In this document: piece by piece, positions 38,437-48,304 of the stretch
How positions within the stretch are numbered: position 1 is the first letter of the stretch
Layout of the letters: every line of letters begins with the position of its first letter
Sequence record: NZ_CP072388.1
Direction: 5' to 3' (one strand)
Length of the DNA stretch: 64,000 bases
From: a plasmid
Position numbers and translations under genes: made by a program
Notes under the pieces: generated by a model
What the model saw: only the letters and a program-made list of their open reading frames with translations
Told to the model about the DNA's origin: nothing
The model's database searches: none

Positions 38437-38939
38437 GTCTGACCCTGCGGATCGCGACCCCCGCCGACATGGCGGGGGTCGCGCGCATCTACGACCACTA
38501 CGTGACGACGTCGACCGCGACGTTCGAGCTCACCCCACCGGGCGAGACCGTGTGGGCGGACAAGCTCGTGGCCCTGCAGGGTGCGGGCTGGCCGTTCCTG
38601 GTCGCCGACCTCGACGGCGCCGTGTCCGGGTTCGCCTACGTGGGCCCGTGGCGCCCGCGCCCGGCCTACGCCCACACGGTCGAGGACACGATCTACCTCG
38701 ACCTCGCAGCGACCGGGCGCGGGATCGGGACCCGGCTGCTCGACCAGGTGCTCACCGACGCCGCAGCGGCCGGCGCACGAGAGGTGATCGCGGTCATCGC
38801 CGACGGCGACACCGCCGCATCACTCGCCCTGCACCGTCGCGCCGGGTTCACCGACGCCGGGCGCCTGGAACGCGTGGGCCGCAAGTTCGACCGGTGGCTG
38901 GGCACGACCCTGCTGCAGAAGTCCCTGCCCCTCCCGTAA
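38433..38939 (+). CDS. GNAT N-acetyltransferase (phosphinothricin/arsinothricin acetyltransferase ArsN-like)
   Basis: GTG overlaps FMO stop (GTGA). RIATPADMAGVARIYDHYV...GIGTRLL acetyl-CoA motif. Confidence 0.65.
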   Translation: MSLTLRIATPADMAGVARIYDHYVTTSTATFELTPPGETVWADKLVALQGAGWPFLVADLDGAVSGFAYVGPWRPRPAYAHTVEDTIYLDLAATGRGIGTRLLDQVLTDAAAAGAREVIAVIADGDTAASLALHRRAGFTDAGRLERVGRKFDRWLGTTLLQKSLPLP

Positions 38940-39000
38940 CCGCCCTGCGGGCACGGCAAACATAGATCGTGCTCTATCTGTCATCCGGGCTTCCGACCTC

Positions 39001-39022
39001 GTTCACCACACGTTCACATAGA
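39001..39022 (+). promoter_or_regulatory. PHO box: two direct repeat units GTTCACCacac GTTCACAtag upstream of pstS
   Basis: Matches the actinobacterial PhoP direct-repeat-unit consensus G(G/T)TCAYY. Located 65-85 nt upstream of pstS. Confidence 0.5.
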
Positions 39023-39085
39023 CCGCGTTCTATCGATCGTGTTGGTGGATGCGGGCGGGCGAAGGTCCCGCCCCGACGAGACGGG

Positions 39086-40069
39086 ATGACTTACGTGTTC
39101 AGACTTCCGCAGCGCACCGCTGTCGTGATCGGCGCGACGGGGCTGGTGCTCACGCTCGCCGCGTGTGGTGGCCAGAGCCAGGGAGCGACCGGCGATGGCG
39201 AGACATCGGGTGGCGGGCTCAGCGGGGAGGTCGTCATCGACGGCTCCTCGACGGTCGAGCCGCTGAGCTCGGCGGCGGCCACGTTGTTCCGCGACGAGGA
39301 GCCGGGTATCAACGTCACGGTCGCCACGTCGGGCACCGGTGGCGGGTTCGAGCGGTTCTGCGCCGGGGAGACCGACATCTCCGACGCCTCGCGTCCGATC
39401 AAGGACGAGGAGATCGCGGCGTGCGAGGACAACGGTGTGGAATTCACCGAGATCGTCATCGCCAACGACGGCCTGTCGGTGGTGGTGAACCCGGAGAACG
39501 ACTGGCTGGAGTGCATCACGACCGAGCAGCTCGCGACCATCTGGGGCCCAGACTCCGAGGGCACGGTGACCTCCTGGAGCCAGGTCGACCCGGAGTTCCC
39601 GGACGAGGCGCTCGCGCTGTACGGGGCGGGCACGGACTCGGGCACGTTCGACTACTTCACCGAGGCGATCAACGGCGAGGAGGGCGCGATCCGCACGGAC
39701 TACACCCCGTCGGAGGACGACAACCTCACGGTGCAGGGCGTCTCTGGCGCGGTCGGCGCGATGGGGTTCTTCGGCCTGAGCTACGCCGAGGAGAACGCCG
39801 ACTCGATCAAGCTCCTCGCCGTGGACAACGGTGACGGGTGCGTCGTCCCGTCCAAGGAGACGGTGCAGGACGGCACGTACTCGCCGCTGGGCCGCCCGCT
39901 GTTCATCTACGTCAACAACGCGAAGTACGCCGAGAACGAGGCGCTGCGTTCGTTCGTCGACTTCTACCTCGCCAACGAGGAGGAGATCGCCGCGGACGCG
40001 CTGTTCATCGACCTGACGGACGAGCAGCAGCAGACCGCGGCGGACGAGCTCGCGAGCCTGGTCGGCTGA
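39086..40069 (+). CDS. pstS: Phosphate ABC transporter substrate-binding lipoprotein
   Basis: Lipobox LAAC. GSSTVEPL...TSGTGGGF...DISDASRPIK. Confidence 0.85.
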   Translation: MTYVFRLPQRTAVVIGATGLVLTLAACGGQSQGATGDGETSGGGLSGEVVIDGSSTVEPLSSAAATLFRDEEPGINVTVATSGTGGGFERFCAGETDISDASRPIKDEEIAACEDNGVEFTEIVIANDGLSVVVNPENDWLECITTEQLATIWGPDSEGTVTSWSQVDPEFPDEALALYGAGTDSGTFDYFTEAINGEEGAIRTDYTPSEDDNLTVQGVSGAVGAMGFFGLSYAEENADSIKLLAVDNGDGCVVPSKETVQDGTYSPLGRPLFIYVNNAKYAENEALRSFVDFYLANEEEIAADALFIDLTDEQQQTAADELASLVG

Positions 40070-40080
40070 CCGGCGCCTCG

Positions 40081-41055
40081 ATGAGCACCCCTCGTTCCAC
40101 GGTGGCCGGTCCGGTGCGTGCGCCGGGCCGGCCACCGGCCCTGACCGAGCACGGCCCGGCCATCACCCGCCGGCGCGCGCGCCGCGGTGAGGCGCTGGTG
40201 CGCCTCCTGCTGCGCCTGGCGGCCTGGTTGTCGATCCTGATCACGGTCGGCATCGTGATCTCGCTGCTGACACCCGCACTGCAGTTCTTCGCCGAGGTCT
40301 CCGTCGTGGAGTTCCTCACCGGGACTCGCTGGGCGCCGCAGTTCGCCGACCCGACCTTCGGGGTCCTGCCCCTGGTCACGGCCACGGCCTGGACGACGCT
40401 GATCGCGCTGGCGGTGGCGGTCCCGTTCGGGCTGGGCGCGGCGATCTACCTTGCCGAGTACGCGCGCCCCCGCGCCCGCAAGATCCTCAAGCCGATCCTC
40501 GAGCTGCTGGCCGGCGTGCCGACCGTGGTGTTCGGCTTCTTCGCCCTGTCGTTCGTCGCCCCGACGGTGCTGCGGGACTGGCTGAGCATCGAGGTCGGCA
40601 CGTTCTCGATCCTGGCCGCCGGGCTGGTCATGGGCGTGATGATCATCCCGACCGTCGCCTCCCTGTCCGAGGACGCCATGTCCGCGGTGCCCGCCGCACT
40701 GCGCCAGGGCTCGGCCGCGCTGGGCGCCAACCGGATGCAGACCTCGCTGCGCGTGGTCTTCCCCGCGGCGCTGTCCGGGATCGTCGCCGCGGTGGTGCTC
40801 GGCATCTCCCGTGCGATCGGGGAGACGATGATTGTCGCGATCGCTGCCGGCGCCCGGCCTCAGATGGTCACCGACCCGACCATGGAGGGCGCCACCATGA
40901 CCGGGTTCATCGCCCGCATGGCCCTGGGCGACGCCCGGGTCGGGTCGCTGGAGTACAACACCCTCTTCGCCGTGGGCCTGCTGCTGTTCGCCCTGACCCT
41001 CGTGGTCAACGCGATCAGCATCCAGCTCGTGCGCCGCTTCCGCCAGGAGTACTGA
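40081..41055 (+). CDS. pstC: Phosphate ABC transporter permease
   Basis: Six TM helices, ABC permease EAA-like loop. Confidence 0.85.
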   Translation: MSTPRSTVAGPVRAPGRPPALTEHGPAITRRRARRGEALVRLLLRLAAWLSILITVGIVISLLTPALQFFAEVSVVEFLTGTRWAPQFADPTFGVLPLVTATAWTTLIALAVAVPFGLGAAIYLAEYARPRARKILKPILELLAGVPTVVFGFFALSFVAPTVLRDWLSIEVGTFSILAAGLVMGVMIIPTVASLSEDAMSAVPAALRQGSAALGANRMQTSLRVVFPAALSGIVAAVVLGISRAIGETMIVAIAAGARPQMVTDPTMEGATMTGFIARMALGDARVGSLEYNTLFAVGLLLFALTLVVNAISIQLVRRFRQEY

Positions 41056-41963
41056 TGGCCCTGCACACCCCCGCCGTGGCGACCCAGCAAGCTCGCCTGG
41101 CCACCGGTAACCGGTCCAAGGAACGCACCCCGACCTCGGTGCTCTTCCTGGCCCTGCTGTGGATCTCGCTGTTCGTCGCGTTCGCCACCCTCGTCGCGCT
41201 GATCGTCACGACGATCGCCCAGGGCGCCGACCGGCTCGACTCGCGCCTGTTCACCGAGTACCCGTCCTCGCGGCCCGAGGAGGCCGGGGCGCGCCCCGCG
41301 ATCCTGGGGTCGCTGTGGGTGATCGGCACCACCGCCGCCCTCGCGATCCCGCTCGGGGTCGCCGCGGCCGTGCACCTGGAGGAGTTCGCCGACCGGCGCC
41401 ACTGGTTCAACCGGTTCATCGAGCTCAACATCCAGAACCTGTCGGCCATCCCGTCGATCATCTACGGCATGCTCGCGATCGGGACCCTGGCCTTGATCGG
41501 CGTCGGGAACAAGAACATCGTGATCGGCGGCGCGCTCGCCCTGGCGCTGCTCATCCTGCCCGTCATCATCATCGCCACCCGTGAGGCGTTGCGCGCCGTC
41601 CCGCGCGAGCTGCGCCACGGGTCGCTCGCTCTAGGCGCGACCGAGCTGCAGACCACCTGGCGCATCACGTTGCCCGCCGCGGTCCCGGGCATCGCCACCG
41701 GCACGATCCTGGCCCTGTCCCGCGCGCTCGGCGAGGCCGCGCCGCTGCTGCTGCTGGGTGCCCTGGTGTTCATCTCCTTCGACCCCAACGGGCTGCTCTC
41801 GGGCTTCACCACCATGCCGATCCAGATCTATGGCTGGACCAACGCACCCCAGGCCGGGTTCCACGAGCTCGCGGCCGCGACCTCGATCCTGCTCGTGGGG
41901 ATCCTGCTGGCCATGAACGCGCTGGCCATCATCATCCGCAACCGCTACCAGCGCCGCTGGTGA
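41055..41963 (+). CDS. pstA: Phosphate ABC transporter permease
   Basis: ATG overlaps the pstC stop by 1 nt. Typical PstA topology. Confidence 0.85.
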   Translation: MALHTPAVATQQARLATGNRSKERTPTSVLFLALLWISLFVAFATLVALIVTTIAQGADRLDSRLFTEYPSSRPEEAGARPAILGSLWVIGTTAALAIPLGVAAAVHLEEFADRRHWFNRFIELNIQNLSAIPSIIYGMLAIGTLALIGVGNKNIVIGGALALALLILPVIIIATREALRAVPRELRHGSLALGATELQTTWRITLPAAVPGIATGTILALSRALGEAAPLLLLGALVFISFDPNGLLSGFTTMPIQIYGWTNAPQAGFHELAAATSILLVGILLAMNALAIIIRNRYQRRW

Positions 41964-41986
41964 GACCACCCGAGGACCACCCCACC

Positions 41987-42868
41987 ATGACCACCACCGG
42001 CACCTCCGCGAAGGCCACCATGTCCTCCAGCACCCAGATCTCCACTCGCCCCGCCCACAGCGAGCACCGCGAGATCCCTGCCGAGCCCAACCCGGTCCTG
42101 CAGTGCGAGGACGTCGACGTCTACTACGGCTCCTTCCGCGCCGTGCGCGACGTGTCCCTGGCGTTCGGGCACAACGAGATCACGGCCCTCATCGGCCCGT
42201 CCGGGTGCGGGAAGTCCACCATCCTGCGCTCCTTGAACCGGATGAACGACCTGGTCGAAGGCGCGCGCGTGACCGGGTCCGTACGGTACTGGGGCCAGGA
42301 CATGTATGGCGCCGGCGTGGACCCGATCGAGGTGCGCCGCCGCATCGGGATGGTCTTTCAAAAGCCCAACCCGTTCCCGAAGTCGATCTACGACAACATC
42401 GCCTACGGCCCGAGAGTCACGGGGATGAAGGTCGCGTCGATGGACGACCACGTCGAGCAGGCACTGACCCGCGCCGCCCTGTGGGACGAGGTCAAGGACA
42501 AGCTCAAGCAGTCCGCCTACGGCCTGTCCGGTGGGCAGCAGCAGCGCCTGTGCATCGCCCGCACGATCGCCGTCGAGCCCGACGTGATCCTCATGGACGA
42601 GCCGTGCGCGTCGCTCGACCCCATCGCGACCATGCGCATCGAGACCCTCATGACCGAGCTGCGCGACCTGTACACGATCGTCATCGTCACCCACAACATG
42701 CAGCAGGCGGCCCGCGTCGCCGACCGCACCGCGTTCTTCACCGCCGCCGTCGACGAGACCACCGGTGACCGCACGGGCGAGCTCGTCGAGTTCGACCACA
42801 CCGCGAAGATCTTCGAGAACCCGGCCGACCAGCGCACCGAGGACTACATCACCGGACGCTTCGGCTGA
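41987..42868 (+). CDS. pstB: Phosphate ABC transporter ATP-binding protein
   Basis: GPSGCGKST Walker [14 protein letters not shown] signature, VYYGSFRAV. Confidence 0.9.
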   Translation: MTTTGTSAKATMSSSTQISTRPAHSEHREIPAEPNPVLQCEDVDVYYGSFRAVRDVSLAFGHNEITALIGPSGCGKSTILRSLNRMNDLVEGARVTGSVRYWGQDMYGAGVDPIEVRRRIGMVFQKPNPFPKSIYDNIAYGPRVTGMKVASMDDHVEQALTRAALWDEVKDKLKQSAYGLSGGQQQRLCIARTIAVEPDVILMDEPCASLDPIATMRIETLMTELRDLYTIVIVTHNMQQAARVADRTAFFTAAVDETTGDRTGELVEFDHTAKIFENPADQRTEDYITGRFG

Positions 42869-42888
42869 CCACCCACCAGGAGCCGACG

Positions 42889-43644
42889 ATGACCGTCACC
42901 CTTCCCCCGCGCGGTCCCAGCACCCAGCGCGAGGCCACCGCGCTCGGGCCCCAGACCGTGCGCGCCGTCCTCGTCGACCCCACGTTCGACCCTCGCGAAG
43001 GGCTCGTGACCGCGATGCGCGAGCAAGGCATCACGCTCGAGCCCGTGAGCGACCCGCTGCGCGGCCTCGCCCGCGCCTCGCTCGCACACACCCGCGCCGT
43101 CGTGGTCAGCGCAGCGGTGGCCGACCCGATGCTCAGCGCCTTCGTCGCCGTGGTGCGCGACGAGCTCGACCTGCCCGTCCTGCTCGCCCACCGGGCCGGC
43201 GACGCCGACCGGCTCGGCGGCGCGGTGCTCGCCGGGGCCCGGCCCGTCGTCGACCAGCCCTACCAGCCCGCGCGCATGGCCGCGACCCTGCTCGGCCTCG
43301 CCGGGAACCAGGAACCAGGGATCGTGCGCGTCGGATCGCTCGAGCTCGACCCGGACGCCTACGACGCACGCCTGCACGGACGCGGCATCGACCTGAGCAC
43401 GCTGGAGTTCGAGGTCCTGCACGAGCTGGCGACCCACCCCGACCACGTGATCCCGCGCGAGCGGTTCACCCACCGCTACTGGCCGCGTTCACCCGACCCG
43501 GACGGAACCCTGGCCGCGGTCATCTCCCGCCTGCGCCGCAAGCTCGACGCCCATCACCTCGCCGGCGCCATCCACACCGTGCGCGGGATCGGCTTTCGCC
43601 TGGAGAGCGCCGTCCTCGCCGCATACTCACACCCAAACCCATAG
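42889..43644 (+). CDS. Atypical OmpR/PhoB-type response-regulator-like protein
   Basis: C-terminal winged helix (LSTLEFEVLHELATHPDHVIPRERF...GIGFRLE). N-terminal receiver-like domain lacks a clear phospho-acceptor Asp. Occupies the usual phoU position. Confidence 0.55.
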   Translation: MTVTLPPRGPSTQREATALGPQTVRAVLVDPTFDPREGLVTAMREQGITLEPVSDPLRGLARASLAHTRAVVVSAAVADPMLSAFVAVVRDELDLPVLLAHRAGDADRLGGAVLAGARPVVDQPYQPARMAATLLGLAGNQEPGIVRVGSLELDPDAYDARLHGRGIDLSTLEFEVLHELATHPDHVIPRERFTHRYWPRSPDPDGTLAAVISRLRRKLDAHHLAGAIHTVRGIGFRLESAVLAAYSHPNP

Positions 43645-43665
43645 ACGTCGATCTATCATGATGGG

Positions 43666-44079
43666 GTGGCGAGCCGACTCCTCGACCGGGACGTGAGCGC
43701 GACCGTCGCCGTCGCGGCGTCGGCCGAGCAGACGTGGCGTGCGCTCCTGGTCGTCCTGGGGATCGACGCCGAGGTACCGGGTGTGCCGGCGGCCTACGGG
43801 GCCATGGCCGGGCGTGTGCGCGACGCTGTGCCGGGGGACGGCTTGGTGGTGCGTGGCCGTCTGGGCGCGCGCACGTACGAGTTCTCCGCCCATCTCGTCG
43901 CCCGCGGTGTGTGGTGCGACCTGACGGTGGACGCAGCCCCGGACGACCTTGTCGGGGCAGTAGAGGGCGGGCGCTGGCGGCACCACCTGGCCCGGCGTCG
44001 GGTCCGGCAGCTCGTGCGAGATCTGGTGACCGATGTCGCGCGCACGGCGGGTAGCGGCGCCGGTCCGGTCTCGCGCTGA
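43666..44079 (+). CDS. Possible SRPBCC/START-fold small protein
   Basis: Weak. Composition is coding-like with no diagnostic motif. Confidence 0.25.
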   Translation: MASRLLDRDVSATVAVAASAEQTWRALLVVLGIDAEVPGVPAAYGAMAGRVRDAVPGDGLVVRGRLGARTYEFSAHLVARGVWCDLTVDAAPDDLVGAVEGGRWRHHLARRRVRQLVRDLVTDVARTAGSGAGPVSR

Positions 44080-44093
44080 GAGGCTGCCCGGCT

Positions 44094-45005
44094 TCAGGGG
44101 GTGATCTCGCGTACGAGGTCGTGCACGCGCGCGGTGATGTCGTCGACGATGCGCACGACGTCCTGAAGTGGGCGACCGGAAGGGTCCTCGACGGTCCAGT
44201 CGACGTAGCGCCGGCCAGGGAAGACCGGGCAGGCGTCGCCGCAGCCCATGGTGACCACGACGCCTGAGGCGCGCACGACCTCGTCGGTGAGGGGGCGGGG
44301 AAACTCGGTCAGCGCGTCGAGGCCGCGTCGCGCGAGCTCGGTGCGCACGACGGGGTCGATCGAGGCGGCGGGCACCGACCCGGCAGTGCGCACGCGCACC
44401 TGGTCGCCGGCGATCGAGCGCAGCACCGCGGCGGCGATCTGGGACCTGCCGGCGTTGCGCACGCACACGAACAGCACGTCCTGGCGCGGCGCGAGGCCGT
44501 GCCGGTCGAGGGTGAGGGCGGCGAGCCGGTCGGCGGCGAAGCGCGCGGTGAGCGCGGGCAGGTGGCGGCGCACGGTGGCGCGGGCGGCGAGCAGGTCGTA
44601 GCTGTCGGTGACGAACCGGGCGACGGTCTCGGGCGCGAGGACGTCGGTGTAGGTGGCGCTCAGGTCGGCGGTGATCCGTCGCAGGAGGCGGTCGTGGTCC
44701 CCGGGTGGGACGTGCGCGGCGCCGGACCGGTCCGGCGCGCCGATCGCGGCGCCGCCGAATCGGGCCAGGGCGTCCGGGGTCGGGCGGTATCGCGCGTCGG
44801 GGCCGTGTCCGACGCGGACCAGGACACCGACGTCGCTCATGGCCTGCAGGTGCGCGCCGACGGCGTCGAGGGCGCCACCGGGTCCGGCCAGGTCTCGGGC
44901 GCGGGGCTGTCCACTCGGGTCGGTGATGATCAGGGCCAGGAGCCGCAACCTGTCGGGATCGGCCATCGTGGCGGCCTGGGCGGCGCGCAGGTCGTCCGGG
45001 CTCAT
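44094..45005 (-). CDS. ArsR-HTH / LMW-PTP arsenate reductase fusion protein (ArsRC)
   Basis: N-terminal LRLLALI wHTH. C-terminal VLFVCVRNAGRSQ...TMGCGDACP (ArsC/LMW-PTP). Confidence 0.75.
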   Translation of the reverse strand: MSPDDLRAAQAATMADPDRLRLLALIITDPSGQPRARDLAGPGGALDAVGAHLQAMSDVGVLVRVGHGPDARYRPTPDALARFGGAAIGAPDRSGAAHVPPGDHDRLLRRITADLSATYTDVLAPETVARFVTDSYDLLAARATVRRHLPALTARFAADRLAALTLDRHGLAPRQDVLFVCVRNAGRSQIAAAVLRSIAGDQVRVRTAGSVPAASIDPVVRTELARRGLDALTEFPRPLTDEVVRASGVVVTMGCGDACPVFPGRRYVDWTVEDPSGRPLQDVVRIVDDITARVHDLVREITP

Positions 45006-45024
45006 CGGGGCACGCCCCGCCCGG

Positions 45025-45381
45025 TCAGCGCAGCAGGTCCGCGATCGCGTGCAGACGGACGGGGACGATGGAGTACCAGACCTCGCGTCCCACGGGGTCG
45101 CGGGTGACGATGCCCGCCTCGGTCATCACCTTCAGGTGGTGGGACACGGTGGGCTGGCGCAGGCCGAGCGCGCGGGTCAGGTCCGCGACGCGGGCACGGG
45201 CATCGGCGCTGTGGTGGATCAGGCTCAGCAGCTGTAGGCGGGTGGGGTCGGAGACGACCCGCAGCAGCGTGGCGGTGTCCTCGGCCTGCTCGCGGCTCAG
45301 CGTCGTGCGCAGGGCGGGCCCCGGCGCGCGTTCGGCCCGCCCCTGCAGGGGCGGGGACGACTCGCTTGCCGGGGCGCTCAC
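45025..45381 (-). CDS. arsR: ArsR-family regulator
   Basis: LLRVVSDPTRLQLLSLI...LGLRQPTVSHHLKVM. Confidence 0.8.
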   Translation of the reverse strand: MSAPASESSPPLQGRAERAPGPALRTTLSREQAEDTATLLRVVSDPTRLQLLSLIHHSADARARVADLTRALGLRQPTVSHHLKVMTEAGIVTRDPVGREVWYSIVPVRLHAIADLLR

Positions 45382-45403
45382 CCATCGAGGATAGCCGTCC
45401 GCG

Positions 45404-45844
45404 TCAGGCGGCCGGGGTGGGCGCGACCGGCGTGACGCCGAGCTCGCCCAGCAGGGTCAAGACACGGCCGCGGATCTCGTCGCGAATGGGGCGCACAGAC
45501 TCGATGCCCTGCCCTGCCGGGTCGGCGAGCTCCCAGTCCTCGTAGCGCTTGCCGGGGAAGATCGGGCAGGCGTCGCCGCAGCCCATGGTGATGACGACGT
45601 CGGACGCCTGGACGGCCTCGGTGGTGAGGACCTTGGGCTGCTCGGCGCGGATGTCGATGCCCTCTTCGAGCATGGCCTCGACGGCGACGGGGTTGATCTG
45701 GTCCGCCGGGGCCGAGCCGGCGGAGCGGACCTCGACGGCGCCGCCGGACAGTGCGCGAAGGTAGCCGGCGGCCATCTGGGATCGGCCGGCGTTGTGGACG
45801 CAGACGAACAGGGCTGACGGCTTCGCGGTGGTGGTGTCGGTCAT
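45404..45844 (-). CDS. arsC: Arsenate reductase, LMW-PTP type
   Basis: ALFVCVHNAGRSQMA...ITMGCGDACP. RBS aggaga. Confidence 0.85.
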   Translation of the reverse strand: MTDTTTAKPSALFVCVHNAGRSQMAAGYLRALSGGAVEVRSAGSAPADQINPVAVEAMLEEGIDIRAEQPKVLTTEAVQASDVVITMGCGDACPIFPGKRYEDWELADPAGQGIESVRPIRDEIRGRVLTLLGELGVTPVAPTPAA

Positions 45845-45870
45845 GGCGTTCTCCTGGTTGCTGGTGGATC

Positions 45871-46881
45871 TCAGGCGATGGTCAGGGTCAGGTCGGGCAG
45901 CAGGTCGGCGAGCAGGCCCCGTACTCGCTCGTCGAGGTCGTCGCGGATCGCGGCGACCCCTGCGGGGGAGGCCAGGGCGGGGTCGCCGACGAGCCAGTCC
46001 TCGTACCTCTTGCCGGGCAGCACGGGGCAGACGTCGCCGCAGCCCATGGTGATGACGACATCGGCGGCGCGGACGGCGTCGTCGGTCAGGGGCTTGGGGA
46101 AGGCTTCGTCGTCGTCGGTGCCGAGCTCGGTCAGGGCCTCGAGCACCCCGTCGTGGATGTCGGCGGCAGGCGTGGACCCGGCGGAGCGGACCACGACGCG
46201 GTTCCCGGCGTAGTGCTGCAGCAGGGCGGCGGCGAGCTGGGAGCGTCCGGCGTTGGCGACGCAGACGAACAGCACTTGCGGTCGGGCGTCGCCGGAGCGG
46301 GTGAGGTCGGCCAGTCTCTGGCGGGCGAACCGTGCGGTGAGCGGCACCAGGTGGGCCGAGACCTTCGCCGAGCGGGCCAGGTCGGTGTAGGACTCGCGGA
46401 CCACGCGTTGCACGACGTCGAACCGGACGTCGGGAAACGCTCCGGCGAGGTCCTCGGCGAGGTGGTCGAGCGCCGGGTCGACGTCGTCCAGCCCCGCCAG
46501 GACGGCCGCACCGTGTGCAGAGCCCAGCGCGGCCGGGGCGAACGAGTCGAGCAGCGTCGTCACCGCGGCCTTGTAACCGCCGGTGATGCGGTACCAGACC
46601 CAGGTGCCGCGCCGTTCGGAGGTCAGCACGCCGACGTCGCGCAGCACCTTGAGGTGGTGCGACACGGTGGGCTGTGACACGTCGGTGAGGGCGGCGAGGT
46701 CGCACACGCACGCCTCCCCGGCGGGTGCGGTCGCGATGAAGGACAGCATCCGTAGCCGCAGCGGCTCGGCGAGGGCCTTGAGCGTGGTGGCGACGGCGCC
46801 GGCGACCTCGGTGCCGATCGCGTGGGACTCGATCTGCGGGGCGCAGTCCGGGTCCGTGACAGTCAAGGGTGTGGTGGTCAT
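45871..46881 (-). CDS. ArsR-HTH / unknown middle domain / LMW-PTP arsenate reductase fusion (ArsRC, second copy)
   Basis: CVCDL...PTVSHHLKVL wHTH. ~100 aa linker domain. VLFVCVANAGRSQ...TMGCGDVCP. Confidence 0.75.
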   Translation of the reverse strand: MTTTPLTVTDPDCAPQIESHAIGTEVAGAVATTLKALAEPLRLRMLSFIATAPAGEACVCDLAALTDVSQPTVSHHLKVLRDVGVLTSERRGTWVWYRITGGYKAAVTTLLDSFAPAALGSAHGAAVLAGLDDVDPALDHLAEDLAGAFPDVRFDVVQRVVRESYTDLARSAKVSAHLVPLTARFARQRLADLTRSGDARPQVLFVCVANAGRSQLAAALLQHYAGNRVVVRSAGSTPAADIHDGVLEALTELGTDDDEAFPKPLTDDAVRAADVVITMGCGDVCPVLPGKRYEDWLVGDPALASPAGVAAIRDDLDERVRGLLADLLPDLTLTIA

Positions 46882-47984
46882 GACCTCACCTCTTCCAGCT
46901 CGGGTGTTCGAGTCGTGGGGGCGTAGGGGTCGACGGCGAACCAGCGGCGCGCGAGCCACAGGGAGACGTAGACGAGGCCGACGAGGACGGGGACCTCGAT
47001 GAGCGGGCCGACGACGCCGGCCAGGGCCTGACCTGACGTGGCGCCGAACGTGCCGATGGCGACGGCGATCGCGAGCTCGAAGTTGTTGCCCGCAGCGGTG
47101 AAGGCGAGCGTCGTGGAGCGTGCGTAACCGAGCGCGAGCATCTTGCCGACGACGATGCCGATGCCCCACATGGCGGCGAAGTACACCAGCAGCGGCAGCG
47201 CGATGCGGGCCACGTCGAGCGGGTGGGAGGCGACGGCCTCGCCCTGCAGGGCGAAGAGCAGCACGATCGTGAACAGCAGTCCGTACAGCGCCCACGGCCC
47301 GACCTTCGGCAGGAACCGGTCCTCGTACCAGGTGCGGCCCTTGGCGCGTTCGCCGACCAGGCGGGAGGCGAACCCGGCGGCCAGCGGGACACCGAGGAAG
47401 ACGAGGACGTTGAGCGCGATCTGCCCGACCGAGACGTCGAGGCCCTGGGTGTCCAGACCGAGCCATCCGGGCAGCACGGTGAGGTAGAAGTAGCCGAGCA
47501 GCGAGAACGCGACGACCTGGAAGGCGGAGTTGATCGCGACCAGCACCGTGGCCGCCTCCCGATCCCCGCACGCGAGGTCGTTCCAGATCACGACCATCGC
47601 GATGCAGCGGGCCAGGCCGACGATGATCAGCCCTGTGCGGTACTCGGGCAGGTCGGGCAGGAAGGCCCAGGCAAGGGCGAACATCAGCGCGGGACCGACC
47701 AGCCAGTTCAGTACCAGCGAGGAGACCAGGAGCCTCTTGTCGCCGGTGACCGCGCCGACGCGGTCGTAGCGGACCTTGGCCAGGACCGGGTACATCATGA
47801 CGAGCAGGCCGAGCGCGATCGGGACCGAGATCCCGCCGACCTCCATCGCCGTGAGCACCTCGGACAGGGCGGGGACGAACCGGCCCAGGACGAGACCGGC
47901 GACCATCGCGAGGCCGATCCACAGCGGCAGCCACCGGTCCAGCGTGGACAGGCGCCCGCGCGTGGCGGTCGTGGGGTCGCTCAC
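46878..47984 (-). CDS. acr3: Arsenite efflux transporter ACR3 family
   Basis: Ten TM helices. ACR3 signature stretches (LNWLVGP, ARCIAMV). GTG overlaps the trxA stop. Confidence 0.9.
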   Translation of the reverse strand: MSDPTTATRGRLSTLDRWLPLWIGLAMVAGLVLGRFVPALSEVLTAMEVGGISVPIALGLLVMMYPVLAKVRYDRVGAVTGDKRLLVSSLVLNWLVGPALMFALAWAFLPDLPEYRTGLIIVGLARCIAMVVIWNDLACGDREAATVLVAINSAFQVVAFSLLGYFYLTVLPGWLGLDTQGLDVSVGQIALNVLVFLGVPLAAGFASRLVGERAKGRTWYEDRFLPKVGPWALYGLLFTIVLLFALQGEAVASHPLDVARIALPLLVYFAAMWGIGIVVGKMLALGYARSTTLAFTAAGNNFELAIAVAIGTFGATSGQALAGVVGPLIEVPVLVGLVYVSLWLARRWFAVDPYAPTTRTPELEEVRS

Positions 47985-48304
47985 GCGAGGACCTCCTCGA
48001 TCTCGGCGACCAGCGCCTGCTTCGGGCGTGCGCCGACGACGGACTTCACCAGCTGGCCGTCGGAGTAGAAGTTCAGCGTCGGGATCGACACGACGCCCGC
48101 CGCCGCCACGGTCTTCGGGTTGGCGTCGGCGTCGAGCTTGGCGATCGTGAGCCTGCCCTCGTACTCCTGCGCGAGCTCGGCCAGGATCGGGGCGACCTGG
48201 CGGCACGGGCCGCACCACGTGGCCCAGATATCCACCAGCACAGGCACTTCGGAGGCCAGGACCACCTCGTCGAAGGTGTCGTCGGTGACGGTCACGGTGC
48301 TCAT
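47981..48304 (-). CDS. trxA: Thioredoxin
   Basis: WATWCGPC active site, 107 aa. Confidence 0.9.
   Translation of the reverse strand: MSTVTVTDDTFDEVVLASEVPVLVDIWATWCGPCRQVAPILAELAQEYEGRLTIAKLDADANPKTVAAAGVVSIPTLNFYSDGQLVKSVVGARPKQALVAEIEEVLA

Noticed and set aside
42765-43661. 298-aa Arg-rich ORF overlapping the response-regulator-like gene
   Set aside because: Off-frame, roughly one-third arginine. The 42889 frame gives a coherent winged-helix protein.
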